A stretch of 64,000 nt of DNA. Source: an uncultured delta proteobacterium (GTDB lineage Bacteria; Desulfobacterota; Desulfobacteria; Desulfobacterales; Desulfosalsimonadaceae). The position numbers and the translations under genes are program-made. The stretch is taken from positions 416,001 through 480,000 of the forward strand of contig CAWGYD010000001.1 of assembly GCA_963826785.1 (NCBI GenBank). The letters are read 5' to 3'. Shown piece after piece: positions 29,555 through 39,970 of this stretch. A model generated the notes under the pieces. That model worked only from the letters and a program-made list of their open reading frames with translations. It did no database searches and was not told the origin of the DNA. The stretch's first letter is position 1. Every line of letters begins with the position of its first letter.

Positions 29555-30199
29555 ATGCTCGAATCGATTCAGATGCGGTTTTATCAGGTGCTGGAAACAT
29601 GGAAAACAGACGGGTTTGCCGCCGTCCGGCGGGAGTCGTTTTATGCCGGCCGGGAGGCGATCCTGACGGTAAAGGAACTCAATCGTCAAAAACCGCCCCG
29701 GGTCCCCCTCGATGCGACCGGTCTGAAGTGCATGGAATTGTCGGGTTTGCCCTCTGCCTATCAAAACCTGAAATATTCGCTGAAAAGCCGCCAGGTGAAA
29801 ATGATCCGAAATCTGAATAAAGGATACCAGGCGTTTGCGTTTGTCGGCGGCAACGAGGTCATCGGCGATGTCTGGCACTGCACGGGCGGCCGGGGGAAAA
29901 AGCCGGCACATCCCGATATGAAATGGCTGGGCATCGAGGAGCTGAAGGAAAACGAGGCCTATATGTTTGACTTCTATATCCGGCCGGACAAACGCAAAGG
30001 CGGCCTGATCAACACCGCCCTCGGCCATGCATTGAATACCTTGAAAGACAAAGGGTTTGAAAGGGTCTACGGCTTCTACATGGCCGACAATCTGCCCGCG
30101 CTGTGGATGCACCGCACCACCGGATACAGTGAAATCAACCGGGTCAGAATCAAGCGGCATCTTTTCGGCATTCATCCTGTCCGAACGATCGGGGCATAA
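29555..30199 (+). CDS. GNAT-family acyltransferase
   Basis: YMFDFYIRPDKRKGGL (acyl-donor motif A), DNLPAL..H...GY. SD GAGG before ATG 29555. Confidence 0.78.
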   Translation: MLESIQMRFYQVLETWKTDGFAAVRRESFYAGREAILTVKELNRQKPPRVPLDATGLKCMELSGLPSAYQNLKYSLKSRQVKMIRNLNKGYQAFAFVGGNEVIGDVWHCTGGRGKKPAHPDMKWLGIEELKENEAYMFDFYIRPDKRKGGLINTALGHALNTLKDKGFERVYGFYMADNLPALWMHRTTGYSEINRVRIKRHLFGIHPVRTIGA

Positions 30200-30302
30200 C
30201 CATAATATCGTATGATGCGCAGGATGGACGGTTCTCCGGGCGATACTTACAGTTCAGGAAAGATAATCTTTTTTTATTCCATGCGGACGAGGAGGCAGGT
30301 TT

Positions 30303-31226
30303 ATGATTCGATATTTCGGGACGGCAATGGCGCTAAAGAGTTTTTCGGTGTCCTCTCACACCAAGAAAATGTATCGCTTCCTGGGAAATTCACTCGGAGC
30401 GAAAAAACGCTCAGATACGGGGCTTTCGACGGAGTACATTGAACGAGCCAAGTGGATTTTGAATCTGTTCAATCAATTTGGCGTCTCATTGGATAATTCG
30501 AGATTTTTGGAATTGGGAACAGGCTGGATCCACTGGGAATCAACGATACTCAGCCTATTCGGCAATTCCGAGTTCACCCTGTTTGATGTCTGGGACAATC
30601 GGCAGCTGGATGCATTTAAGTCATACTTTTCGAGTTTAAATACCGTATTCGAGGAAGTTTTTGGCCGGGAGGAAAGTTTAAATCCCGCCCAATACGAACA
30701 GGCACGTGCAAAATTAGGCAAAATCGCGTCAATGAATGCCTACGCTCAACTATATGACTTTTTGAAATTCAATTACATCGTTGAGCCTTCGGGAAAACTT
30801 CATCATTTAGAAGATGATTCATACGAGGCCTGTTTCAGCTGGAATGTTTTTGAACACATACATGAAAGTATCGTTTCAGATTACATCCGGGACCTTTACC
30901 GTGCGCTTAAACCGGGCGGGTATTCCTTCCAGGCGATCAATATCAGTGATCACCTGGCAGACTATGAAGAAGGCGTCTGCAGAAAAAATTATCTCAAATA
31001 TTCAGATTTTACGTGGAAATTCTGTTTTGAAAATGATGTACAGTATTTTAACAGAATTCAGGCAAGTGAATGGCTGCGTCTTTTTCAACAGGCCGGATTC
31101 GAGTTGCTGGAAAAAGATTTCCTTTTCCAGCCGGTTCATTGCAGAATCAATAAAAAATATGAGAATCTGGATCGAAAAGATATCGAGTGCACGATGTTAA
31201 AAGTCGTCCACCGTAAACCTTCTTGA
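30303..31226 (+). CDS. Class I SAM methyltransferase-like protein
   Basis: FLELGTGW, SWNVFEHI, LKPGG, ISDHL. Visibly more AT-rich than its neighbours. Confidence 0.8.
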   Translation: MIRYFGTAMALKSFSVSSHTKKMYRFLGNSLGAKKRSDTGLSTEYIERAKWILNLFNQFGVSLDNSRFLELGTGWIHWESTILSLFGNSEFTLFDVWDNRQLDAFKSYFSSLNTVFEEVFGREESLNPAQYEQARAKLGKIASMNAYAQLYDFLKFNYIVEPSGKLHHLEDDSYEACFSWNVFEHIHESIVSDYIRDLYRALKPGGYSFQAINISDHLADYEEGVCRKNYLKYSDFTWKFCFENDVQYFNRIQASEWLRLFQQAGFELLEKDFLFQPVHCRINKKYENLDRKDIECTMLKVVHRKPS

Positions 31227-31270
31227 TGAGTTGAATCCTCAATATTCGTAGTCAAGATGCGAAGTCATAC

Positions 31271-32338
31271 ATGATCGTTTGTAAAAATCCGAATCAAATG
31301 AATAATCCTGTCGATCCGGCCGTCTTTCCGGGCTGGGACGAAACCTTGGCCGCTTCGGATCAGTATTCCATTTTTCATTCGTCACCATGGGCAAAGGTTC
31401 TTCATGAAACTTACGGTTATGCGCCCCGGTATTTTTTGACCCGTTCGGGGGAGCGCTTCAACCTGCTGGTGCCGGTTATGGAAGTAAGCAGCAAGCTGAC
31501 CGGCCGCCGGGGCGTGTCGCTTCCCTTTTCGGATTATTGCGCACCCATCCTGCCCGAGGGGGTGCCGCCAATTCAGCTCATGGAAAACCTCGCTCAATTC
31601 GGGAGAAGGGCGGGTTGGCGATATGTCGAAATCCGGGCGGACCGGCCCATGTTTGAAGATGTAGCACCTTATGAGACTTTCCAGGGCCATTTCCTGCCGC
31701 TGCAGCCGGATACGGACCCGATTTTCCGTACCTTTCGCAAGGCCACCCAGCGCAATGTCAAAAAAGCCGTCAAAAGCGGGGTAGTTGTTTCATTTCACAC
31801 GTCCGCCTATGCGGTGAAGGAATATTACCGTCTCCATTGCCTCACCCGAAAGCGGCACGGTCTGCCCCCCCAGCCGTTCTTCTTTTTCAGCCGCATCCAC
31901 AAACACATCCTCGCGCCCGGAAAAGGCTTCATCGCTTTGGCCGAACATGGCCACCGCAACATCGCCGGCGCCGTTTATCTCACATTCCATCGGCAGTCGG
32001 TTTACAAATTCGGCGCCATCGATCTGGATTACAGCGCCCTCAACCCTTTTTACCTGGTGATGTGGGAAGCCATCCGCCGCCTTGCCGAAAGCGGATCGGC
32101 CGGTCTGTGCTTCGGCCGGACCGAGCCTGAAAACAAGGGGCTCATCCAGTTCAAGGACGGGTGGGGAGGCGAAAAGAGGACCATCCATTACTACCGGTAC
32201 GACCTGAAGCGCAAAAACTTCATGGAGAAACCCGCCACCCGGAATCCGGAGGACAGCCGGATCAACCGGATTTTCTCCCGCACGCCTATCCCGTTTTTAC
32301 AGCTGGCCGGAAATATCCTCTACCGGCACATGGGGTAG
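31271..32338 (+). CDS. FemAB-like double-GNAT protein (EPS-associated type)
   Basis: IFHS..W, SLPFSDYC, RNVKKA...GV, RKRHGLPPQP..FF, FGRT...N.GL.QFK.GWG. Start may be 31298. Confidence 0.85.
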   Translation: MIVCKNPNQMNNPVDPAVFPGWDETLAASDQYSIFHSSPWAKVLHETYGYAPRYFLTRSGERFNLLVPVMEVSSKLTGRRGVSLPFSDYCAPILPEGVPPIQLMENLAQFGRRAGWRYVEIRADRPMFEDVAPYETFQGHFLPLQPDTDPIFRTFRKATQRNVKKAVKSGVVVSFHTSAYAVKEYYRLHCLTRKRHGLPPQPFFFFSRIHKHILAPGKGFIALAEHGHRNIAGAVYLTFHRQSVYKFGAIDLDYSALNPFYLVMWEAIRRLAESGSAGLCFGRTEPENKGLIQFKDGWGGEKRTIHYYRYDLKRKNFMEKPATRNPEDSRINRIFSRTPIPFLQLAGNILYRHMG

Positions 32339-32500
32339 CCTCCGAAACCGATTTCAAAGTCATATCCCCTGCGAAAAAATCGTTTTAATTCGACCCTCCC
32401 GATTTTCCCTTCATTGACCATTTTCGAAAAAGCCGCCTGATTTTCCAACAATATGCAGCGTTGTCCGCCTTTTTTGTTGCCGCTGACGCCCGGTCTTTCC

Positions 32501-32526
32501 TTTACAGGGTGTAAAACGTTTTGACA
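32501..32526 (+). promoter_or_regulatory. Candidate enhancer (UAS) for a sigma-54 activator
   Basis: TTTACA-GGG-TGTAAAA-CGTT-TTGACA. The same motif recurs at 41062 and 51521. Confidence 0.7.
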
Positions 32527-32604
32527 TGAATTTTATGCGAAACCCGTGTGATTTCTGGCAATAAAACCGGTTTTTTCGCCAATGGGCAAGTTTAATTTCT
32601 TATA

Positions 32605-32617
32605 TATCAAGTATTTA
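32605..32617 (+). promoter_or_regulatory. IHF binding site
   Basis: TATCAAGTATTTA matches WATCAA-N4-TTR and lies between the UAS and the -24/-12 element. Confidence 0.7.
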
Positions 32618-32635
32618 TCTGTTTATAAATGGGAT

Positions 32636-32651
32636 TGGCATACTGCTTGCT
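32636..32651 (+). promoter_or_regulatory. Sigma-54 promoter
   Basis: TGGCATACTGCTTGCT (GG-N10-GC). Confidence 0.85.
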
Positions 32652-32697
32652 CAATCGGTTTGCAGCGATACTTCACCCGAAAGGCGGAAAAGCGAAC

Positions 32698-33108
32698 GTG
32701 TTTACGATTCTTATTGCCGATCCTTACAAGCATATGCGCGATTTTTTGCGGCGGGAGCTGGCCGCTGCCGGGTATTCCATTACTGAAGTGATCAGCCACA
32801 AAGATCTGTTTCCCGGAATCCGGCAGCCGCATCCCCCGGACCTCATCGTGATGGATCTGGATCTTCAGCACTGGCGCAGCATGGACCATCTGAAAAAAAT
32901 TCATGACATGGTCCCCTCCATACCGGTCATCATCTATTCCAACCGCACGGAATACGAATCCCATCCAGAGGTGGCCCGGGCCGAGGCATTCATTGAAAAA
33001 GACAGCGATCCGACGGTGCTGATGGCCGCCATTTCCGGGGTGCTGCAGAAGCATTACGGTCACCGGTGGGCATCGGAATCGCCCAGAGAACAACCCCCCC
33101 TGAGATGA
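32698..33108 (+). CDS. Single-domain response regulator (atypical receiver)
   Basis: ILIAD, PDLIVMDL, IPVIIYS, FIEK. GTG start downstream of the sigma-54 promoter. Confidence 0.8.
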   Translation: MFTILIADPYKHMRDFLRRELAAAGYSITEVISHKDLFPGIRQPHPPDLIVMDLDLQHWRSMDHLKKIHDMVPSIPVIIYSNRTEYESHPEVARAEAFIEKDSDPTVLMAAISGVLQKHYGHRWASESPREQPPLR

Positions 33109-33119
33109 GGCAGCCGGAT

Positions 33120-34862
33120 ATGTCTAAAAAAAAGAACATTGCAGCGGACCCGGTCCGGATCAATGTTTCATCGAATGATACCCGAAATTACTTCCGGCGC
33201 CTGAAAAAGCGCCTCCAGTTTTCCATCATTGCCGCCTTTATCCTTCCCCTGGCCATCCTGTCGATCTATTTCCACTTCCAGTTCAACATGACCTTAACGC
33301 AGAGCGGGAAACTCCACCTGATTTCACTGGCCGAAAGCCTGCGCAATACCATCGACCTGTTTCTCCAGGAGCGGGTGATCAATATATTCAACCTGTTTCA
33401 CAGCAGGGACTTCAGCGTCACCCCCAACCAGGCGGAAATGAACCAGTATCTGCAGAACCTCATGGAAACCTCCGATGCCTTCGTGGATGTGGGGTTTCTG
33501 GACGCAAACGGCATGCAGGTCGGCTATGCGGGGCCTTTTCCGTATCTGCATGGAAAAGATTACAGCAAAGAGAACTGGTTTATCTCCCTCATGAGCCAGG
33601 AGGAAAATTATTATATCAGCGATATCTACATGGGGTTCCGGAACAAACCCCACACCACCATTGCGGTCCGCCAGATCGTGAGCGGCCGGAAATACGTGAT
33701 GCGGGCGACCATCGATCCGGATAAGTTCTTCCTGTTTCTGCACCTGCTGGAAAGGGGCAAGGAAGTGGACGCCGCCCTGGTCAATCGCGAAGGAAAATAC
33801 CAGGTGGTGGACCCCATAGAGGGAGGCGTGCTGGGGAAGAGCCATTTCAATCTGCCGGTCGATGACGCCACCGGGGTCGTGGAGAGCCGGTTCGCCGGCG
33901 GCCCCGAACTGGTCGCCTGGGCCTGGCTCAAGGAAGTTCCCTGGTGCCTGGTGGTCCGTCAGCCGTTGAACATCGCCTATGCCCAGATGTACCACGCGCG
34001 CCGCATCATCATCTTATTCACCATCGTGGTGGTGATCGTCCTGATTGCAGCCATCTGGTTCAGCACGGAGCGGCTCCTGAGCCGGGCGGAAGAAACGGAG
34101 GAAGCCCGCAGGCAGCTGAAATCCGAGCTTTACCATGCCGCCAAGCTGGTGTCCGTGGGAGAACTGGCCGCAGGCGTCGCCCATGAAATCAACAACCCCC
34201 TGGCCATCATCGCCTCCCAATGCGGGGTGATCAAAGACATGTTCGACCCGGAGCTGGGGGGCGGAGAGATCACCCCTGAAATGCCCGGCCAGATCATAGA
34301 AGAGCTCGATATCATCAACGAGGCGGTGTTCCGGGCAAAAGACATTACGTCAAAGCTGCTCAAATCCGCCCGAAAGGAAGAAGCCCGCCTGGTCGACAGC
34401 GATGTCAACCAGATACTGGAAGATGTGGTGGGCGGCCTGATGGAAAAGGAAATGGAGATCGAAGACATCTCCCTGGTGAGAGATTATGCGCAGAACCTGC
34501 CCAGGGTCCTGCTGGATCCGGACCAGATCCGCCAGGTGTTTCAGAACCTGATCAACAACGCCGTCGATGCCATCGAGGGACCGGGAAAAATCACCCTGTC
34601 CACCCGCCGGGAAGAGGACCGGGTCAAAATCACGGTTTCGGATACCGGAAAAGGCATCCCTCCGGAGGTCATGGGCAGAATTTTCATGCCCTTTTTTACC
34701 ACCAAAGAGGCGGGCCGGGGGACCGGGCTGGGGCTGGGCATCAGCCTGAGCATCGTCGAGGCGATGAACGGCAGCATTACCGTGCAGAGCATTCCGGGTG
34801 CCGGCAGTTCATTTACCATATCCCTGCCCGTATCGCCCGGAAACGGGAAGAATCACAAATAG
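33120..34862 (+). CDS. Cache-domain sensor histidine kinase
   Basis: Two TM segments. YAGP..L...[49 protein letters not shown]. Confidence 0.93.
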   Translation: MSKKKNIAADPVRINVSSNDTRNYFRRLKKRLQFSIIAAFILPLAILSIYFHFQFNMTLTQSGKLHLISLAESLRNTIDLFLQERVINIFNLFHSRDFSVTPNQAEMNQYLQNLMETSDAFVDVGFLDANGMQVGYAGPFPYLHGKDYSKENWFISLMSQEENYYISDIYMGFRNKPHTTIAVRQIVSGRKYVMRATIDPDKFFLFLHLLERGKEVDAALVNREGKYQVVDPIEGGVLGKSHFNLPVDDATGVVESRFAGGPELVAWAWLKEVPWCLVVRQPLNIAYAQMYHARRIIILFTIVVVIVLIAAIWFSTERLLSRAEETEEARRQLKSELYHAAKLVSVGELAAGVAHEINNPLAIIASQCGVIKDMFDPELGGGEITPEMPGQIIEELDIINEAVFRAKDITSKLLKSARKEEARLVDSDVNQILEDVVGGLMEKEMEIEDISLVRDYAQNLPRVLLDPDQIRQVFQNLINNAVDAIEGPGKITLSTRREEDRVKITVSDTGKGIPPEVMGRIFMPFFTTKEAGRGTGLGLGISLSIVEAMNGSITVQSIPGAGSSFTISLPVSPGNGKNHK

Positions 34863-34932
34863 AACATGCCGCAGGTCGGCATTCAGTTTACCCGGATTTC
34901 ACACATAACATTTTTGAATTGGGAAAGGAGTC

Positions 34933-36795
34933 ATGATGGCGGTTCGCAAAGAAAAGGCCCAGGCCACCGGTTATGACAAGTATGTGGATTGGAAGATATT
35001 CAGCATCCCCGTGGCATTGCTCATCTTGATTCTGGCCATGCCCACCCCCTATGGGATGAAGGATGTGGGGATGGAATACCAGGTGGGGCCCAAGGTGGTG
35101 AAAAATTATTTCACCGAGCAGTTATTCCACGTGGACAGCAGCCAGGCCGAGCAGTGGCAGCTGCTGGTCGCCCAGCTGATGGAAAAGAACATGGACATGG
35201 GCGCGTTTTCAAAGAAGCGCTTCATGAGCCGGGATGCCAAATGGGCAAAGAAATACGGCATTGCCGTGGACGGCAAGAACCTGGAAAAAGCCAAAACCTT
35301 CATCGATGCGCAGGTTTCCGATGAAGCGTTCAAGCAGCTGATGCAGTCCGCCTTCGAGCTGAGAAGAGAGGGCCTCAAATACGAAGACCTTTCCCCCAGC
35401 CAGAAAGAGGCGGCGGACAAGGGCGCCTGGCAGTGAAAGTGGCCATCGCCATGATGGCTTTCGTGGTGCTCTGTTTTCTGACCGAATGCATCCCGCTGCC
35501 CGGGGTGGCCTTTGCATCGGCCTGATCCTGGTGTTTACCGGGGTGGTTTCCAGAAGCGACATGCCGGGAATGTACTGGGACGACGCGGTCTGGTTTATCA
35601 TGGGCAGCCTGATGTTCGCCGCGGCTTTCGTCAAGACCGGGGTGGACAAGCGGGTCTGCCTGATGATGTTCAAGCGACTGGCGAAGCCCAACGTCAAGAT
35701 GGATCACCTTGATTTTTTTCATCATCATCGCGCCCGCTGGCCGCCTTCATATCCGATCATGCCCTGGCGGCCATGTTCCTGCCCATCGGCATCCTGCTCT
35801 ACCAGAACAGCCTGACCGAGGAAACCCCCGAGGACCCGGAGCTGGGCAAGATGCTGATGATCGCCATCGCCATGGCCTGCAACATCGGCGGCCCCGGCGC
35901 ACCCTCGGGCGGCGCCCGCAACGTCATCATGATGACCTATCTCAACGACATGTTCGGCATGGACATCGGCTATTTCCAGTGGATCACCTACTGCATGCCC
36001 TTCGTGCTGATCATGATCCCGATCACCTGGTTTCTGGTCAACTGGCGGTTCAAGCCCACGATTCATTCCCTGGCCCCGGCCATGGCGCACCTGCAGCGTG
36101 AAATCGGACGCATGGGCAACTGGAACCGGAAGCAGATCTCGGCCTTGATCATTTTCATGGTCATGGTGTTCGGCTGGTTCACGGAAAAAACCTTCTATGA
36201 AATGGGCATCCTGCCGATCCGGCTGGGCATCGGCGTGATCGCGGTGGCCGGTGCGGTGGCCTACCTGTTTGCCGGGGTGGTCAACTGGCGGGACTACCAG
36301 GAGAGGGTGGACTGGGGCGTGGTCTGGCTGTATGCCGGCGCCATCATCTTCGGCCGCACTCTGGACCAGACCGGCGCGGCTTACTGGATCGCCCGGTCGG
36401 TGATCGACCTGATGGCGCCGCTGGGGCTGAATGCCGGACTGCCGCTGATGGCCGTGTCCAACGGCCTGACCGCGGTCATGACCAACCTGATGGCCGACGG
36501 CCCCGCCGCCGCCGCGGTGGGCCCCATCACCCTGAACATGGCCGGCCTGGTCCATCCGGGGACCACCTTCCTGCCGTTTATGGCCATGTCCACCGCCATC
36601 GCTTCTTCTTTCGCCTACTGCCTGATTATCGGTACGCCGCCCAATGCCATCGTCTATGCCAGCGGGTACCTGGAGCCCAAGGATTATCTCCGGGTGGGCA
36701 TCCCCCTGTGGTTTTTTGCCAACATCCTGCTGCTGCTCCTGGTGGGCGGTTTCTGGGCGTTCCGGGGATTCGGGGAAATGGCGATGTTTTATTAG
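34933..36795 (+). pseudogene. SLC13/DASS (sodium:sulfate or dicarboxylate symporter) gene interrupted by four 1-nt indels; likely assembly errors
   Basis: One protein can be rebuilt across frames: AWQ/VKVAIAM...TECIPLPGVAF/CIGLIL...FVKTGVDKR...NVK/WITLIFFIIIAP/LAAFISDHALAAMFLP...GGPGAPSGGARN...IGTPPNAIVY. Confidence 0.85.
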
Positions 36796-36834
36796 CGCTT
36801 CATCGGCACCGATGAGGGATGAAAGGAGATTGAT

Positions 36835-36987
36835 ATGAATCCGCAAACCAATGAAAACCGTGAAAAAACTTTCGTCTATAAAGACGGCCGGATCTATTTT
36901 ACCAAAAGGACCGAGCGCCTGTTTTTCTTTGTCCTCACCCTCGTGATGCTCGGCTGGGGGGTTTGCCTGAAACTTGCGATCTTTTAG
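36835..36987 (+). CDS. Small 50-aa single-TM protein (absent from the ORF track)
   Basis: SD AAGGAG. MNPQTNENREKTFVYKDGRIYFTKRTERLFFFVLTLVMLGWGVCLKLAIF. Fills the operon gap. Confidence 0.7.
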   Translation: MNPQTNENREKTFVYKDGRIYFTKRTERLFFFVLTLVMLGWGVCLKLAIF

Positions 36988-36997
36988 GAGTCATCCG

Positions 36998-37519
36998 ATG
37001 GAAAATGGAAATGGGCGATTTACCGCCGGATATTATTTCGGCACCCTGACCCGGGTGCTGGGACAGCCGAAAACCTTTTTCCGGCAATTGCCGGCAGAGA
37101 CGGGCTTTGTCCAGCCGGCGGGATTTTTGATGGTATCCTCGGCTTTTTTTACCGGGGCCTGCCTGCTGACCCAGTCCTTTGACCGTCCGCTGCTCACCGG
37201 CGGCATCTTCTTTGTCAATGCCGTGGGAATGACTTTTATCGCGGCGGCATTGGGATATCTTTCCATGTCGATGATCGCCGGCCGGAAAGCGGACTTTGCA
37301 AGAATATTTTCGGTTTACGCGTTTTCAACGGGGATAACGCTGCTGGCCACCTGGATTCCTTTGTTCATCTGGCTGACGGAACCCTGGAAATGGATCCTCA
37401 TCGGCTCGGGGCTGACGATATCCTGCGGTCTGAAATGGACCCAGTCGCTTATGGTGATCGGGATGTCCATCGGCATCATGATCCTGTTCTTCAGCGCCCT
37501 TCTGCCCCTGATCGTCTGA
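36998..37519 (+). CDS. YIP1-family membrane protein
   Basis: VL.QP..FF N-terminal motif, about 5 TM segments, SD AGGAG. Confidence 0.72.
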   Translation: MENGNGRFTAGYYFGTLTRVLGQPKTFFRQLPAETGFVQPAGFLMVSSAFFTGACLLTQSFDRPLLTGGIFFVNAVGMTFIAAALGYLSMSMIAGRKADFARIFSVYAFSTGITLLATWIPLFIWLTEPWKWILIGSGLTISCGLKWTQSLMVIGMSIGIMILFFSALLPLIV

Positions 37520-37574
37520 AAGACGGCAAAACGATGATTCGAAAACCGCTCAATTGAATATGGAGATAACGAAT

Positions 37575-38480
37575 ATGGAAAAGAAAATTAAAGTGTTGAT
37601 GGTGGACGATGAGGCCCAGTTCCGGGCGACCACGAACAAGATCCTGACCCGGCGGGGGTTTGACACCGTGATGGCGGAAAGCGGAAATGCGGCCATCGAG
37701 AAGCTCTCGGAGAACCCGGACGTGGTGATTTTAGATATCAAAATGGCCGGAATGGACGGCATCGAGACGTTAAAGGTTATCAAGAAGCGAAAACCGGACC
37801 TGCCGGTGATCATGCTGACCGGCCACGGGGATGAGTCGTCTGCCATGGAGGCCTACAAGGAAGGGGCATTCGATTACCTGACCAAGCCCTGCGACATCGA
37901 CGTGATGGTGGGCAAAATCCGGGATGCCCACAAAAAGCAGGTGGTGCCGAAGGAATCGACGGAGAAGTCGGTGGCCGACATCATGATCCCCATTGCCGAA
38001 TACACCACCGTCACGGGCGAGACCACGGTCAAGGCGGCGATCGCGGAAATCAAGAAATCGTTTACCACCAGAATCTCCACGTCGAAAATCATGGAAACGG
38101 GCCACCGTTCCGTCATCGTACTGGATGAGGCGACCCGCAGGGTCAAGGGCGTGCTGACCATCGCCGATCTCATGAAAATGATCATGCCGGGATACCTGTT
38201 CGCCCCCAAGCCGTCCCTGGCGGACACCATCCAGTACTCCCCCATGTTCTGGAAGGGAATGTTCACCTCCGATATCCGCCGGAATGCATCGCTCAAGGTT
38301 TCGGAAGTCATGTCGCCGGCCCCGCACATGATCGAGGGGGATGCCTCCCTCATGGAAGCCACCTACATGATGGTGCAAAACCGGGTTCGCCGCCTGCTCG
38401 TGACCGTCGGGGGAGAGGTCGCCGGCATCGTCCGCGAGCAGGATGTGTTCTTTGAAATGGAAAAAATATTGGGGATATAA
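37575..38480 (+). CDS. Response regulator: receiver plus CBS pair
   Basis: VLMVDDE, ILDIKM, MLTGHG, DYLTKP, then CBS motifs VADIMIP and VSEVMSP..VRRLLV..GIV. Confidence 0.9.
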   Translation: MEKKIKVLMVDDEAQFRATTNKILTRRGFDTVMAESGNAAIEKLSENPDVVILDIKMAGMDGIETLKVIKKRKPDLPVIMLTGHGDESSAMEAYKEGAFDYLTKPCDIDVMVGKIRDAHKKQVVPKESTEKSVADIMIPIAEYTTVTGETTVKAAIAEIKKSFTTRISTSKIMETGHRSVIVLDEATRRVKGVLTIADLMKMIMPGYLFAPKPSLADTIQYSPMFWKGMFTSDIRRNASLKVSEVMSPAPHMIEGDASLMEATYMMVQNRVRRLLVTVGGEVAGIVREQDVFFEMEKILGI

Positions 38481-38561
38481 AAGATTAGGGTTATTGTATA
38501 ATAGATATCATCGGATGATGAAATTAAATCAATTTAAAACTAAACGAAAAGGAGGGGCTCG

Positions 38562-39650
38562 ATGAGATCAAAAACCATCTTATGCCGTATTTTATGGATT
38601 TTCGGAGTGATGTTGTTAGCGGCTCCGCCTGTTTTTTCGGCGCCGGTGACGGTGAGTGATTATCTGGAAAACATGTCCATCAGCGGAGACTTGCGCATCC
38701 GGTTCGATTATCTGAAGCGGGACCTGCCCGATGAAGATGAACGGGAGCGGCTCCAGCAGCGGTTCCGGATCGGCATGGCCTGGGACAATCCTTCGGAGAA
38801 ATGGACCATCGCCGCCGGACTGGCCACCGGCGGCCTGGATGCCAATTCCACCAATGCGACCTATTCCCAGGACACCATTTTCGAAACCGACGATATCCGG
38901 CTGGATTACGCTTTTGCGGCCCACAAACTAAATGACAGGTTCTCATTCTTGGCCGGTCAGCAGAAAAACCCCTATGCCACCACCTGGGCCCTGTGGGATT
39001 CGGATGTCCGGCCGGTGGGGTTTACCGCCATGGCGGATGTAAAGCCCGTATTTATCACCGCGGGCTGGTATGATGTCCGGTATATCGACAACGACATCGC
39101 CTGGATGGAAGCGGTACAGGCCGGCCTTAAACTGGATTGGGTCATCACTGCCCTGGCCTTTTACAATTATCACCGGGTGGATGAATTTGTACTGACCGAA
39201 AACATGGATCCGGATTTCAAATACCAGATCATCGATTTTTATGTTGAATCGGAAATCAAGATGGATCCGGTCAAGTTGATTCCCAGGGCCCAGGTTTTTT
39301 ACAATGTCGGGGCAAAAGGGGGACCGGGCCAGAGCATACAAGATGAAAATCTGGATCCGGAAGATGAAAACCTGGGCTGGCTCGCCGGAATCGCCGCTTC
39401 CATGGGCCGGTTCAAGGCGGGGGTGGATTATGCCTATATCGAGGCGGATTCGGTCATCCCGATTCTCACGGATTCGACTTTCGGATCCGCCCTGGGGTCA
39501 ACGGATGTAAAGGGGTGGGTACTGGGCGTCGGCTTTAAACTCACCAAAAACTCCGAGCTCAATGCCACGGCCTTCCTCTATGAGGCCATCGAGCGGAGCC
39601 TGGATCAAAGTCCTGAAAACTACCAGCTGGATTTAGCGTATAAATTTTAG
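38562..39650 (+). CDS. Putative outer-membrane porin
   Basis: Signal peptide, SGDLRIRFDY, R.R.RFRIG, alternating beta-strand pattern, C-terminal QLDLAYKF. Confidence 0.82.
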   Translation: MRSKTILCRILWIFGVMLLAAPPVFSAPVTVSDYLENMSISGDLRIRFDYLKRDLPDEDERERLQQRFRIGMAWDNPSEKWTIAAGLATGGLDANSTNATYSQDTIFETDDIRLDYAFAAHKLNDRFSFLAGQQKNPYATTWALWDSDVRPVGFTAMADVKPVFITAGWYDVRYIDNDIAWMEAVQAGLKLDWVITALAFYNYHRVDEFVLTENMDPDFKYQIIDFYVESEIKMDPVKLIPRAQVFYNVGAKGGPGQSIQDENLDPEDENLGWLAGIAASMGRFKAGVDYAYIEADSVIPILTDSTFGSALGSTDVKGWVLGVGFKLTKNSELNATAFLYEAIERSLDQSPENYQLDLAYKF

Positions 39651-39779
39651 AATATTGCAAACTTGCCCGTTTATGGCGGGAGGATTTCCCCCGCCGTTTC
39701 GTCCGGCAGTCATTACGGCCGCATGTCCCTTTGGCGGAAAATCTGCCAAAGGGTGGCATGGAAGGAACTTAATTCAGTA

Positions 39780-39970
39780 GATTTCTCACCGGTCCAACAC
39801 CCCCCTGACCCCCCTCGAGGGGGGAATTTGATCGTAATTTCAAGGATCTAATTCCCAATTGGGGGTGGGAATTTCATAAGGCTTCAAGTCTCACCCCCTC
39901 TTGAATGGGAATTTCTTCGTAATTTCAAGGTCTAATCCCCCCTTGAGGGGGGTAAAGGGGGGTGTACCGG
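39780..39970 (+). repeat. ~190-bp palindromic REPIN/MITE-like element, copy A
   Basis: Ends ACACCCCCCTGACCCCCCTC...GAGGGGGGTAAAGGGGGGTGT are inverted. The internal unit GGGAATTT..TCGTAATTTCAAGG.TCTAAT.CCC occurs twice. Confidence 0.85.

Noticed and set aside
25266..32338. Complete pyoluteorin, prodigiosin or anatoxin-type cluster
   Set aside because: No PKS, halogenase or condensing enzyme is in the window, and the proline code is absent.
32629..32697. N-terminal extension of the receiver ORF given in the ORF track
   Set aside because: It overlaps the sigma-54 promoter. GTG 32698 matches the start of the receiver fold.
35425..35745. Programmed frameshifting or selenocysteine read-through at TGA 35434
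   Set aside because: Homology continues in other frames through four shifts, there is no slippery heptamer, and in-frame read-through gives non-homologous sequence.
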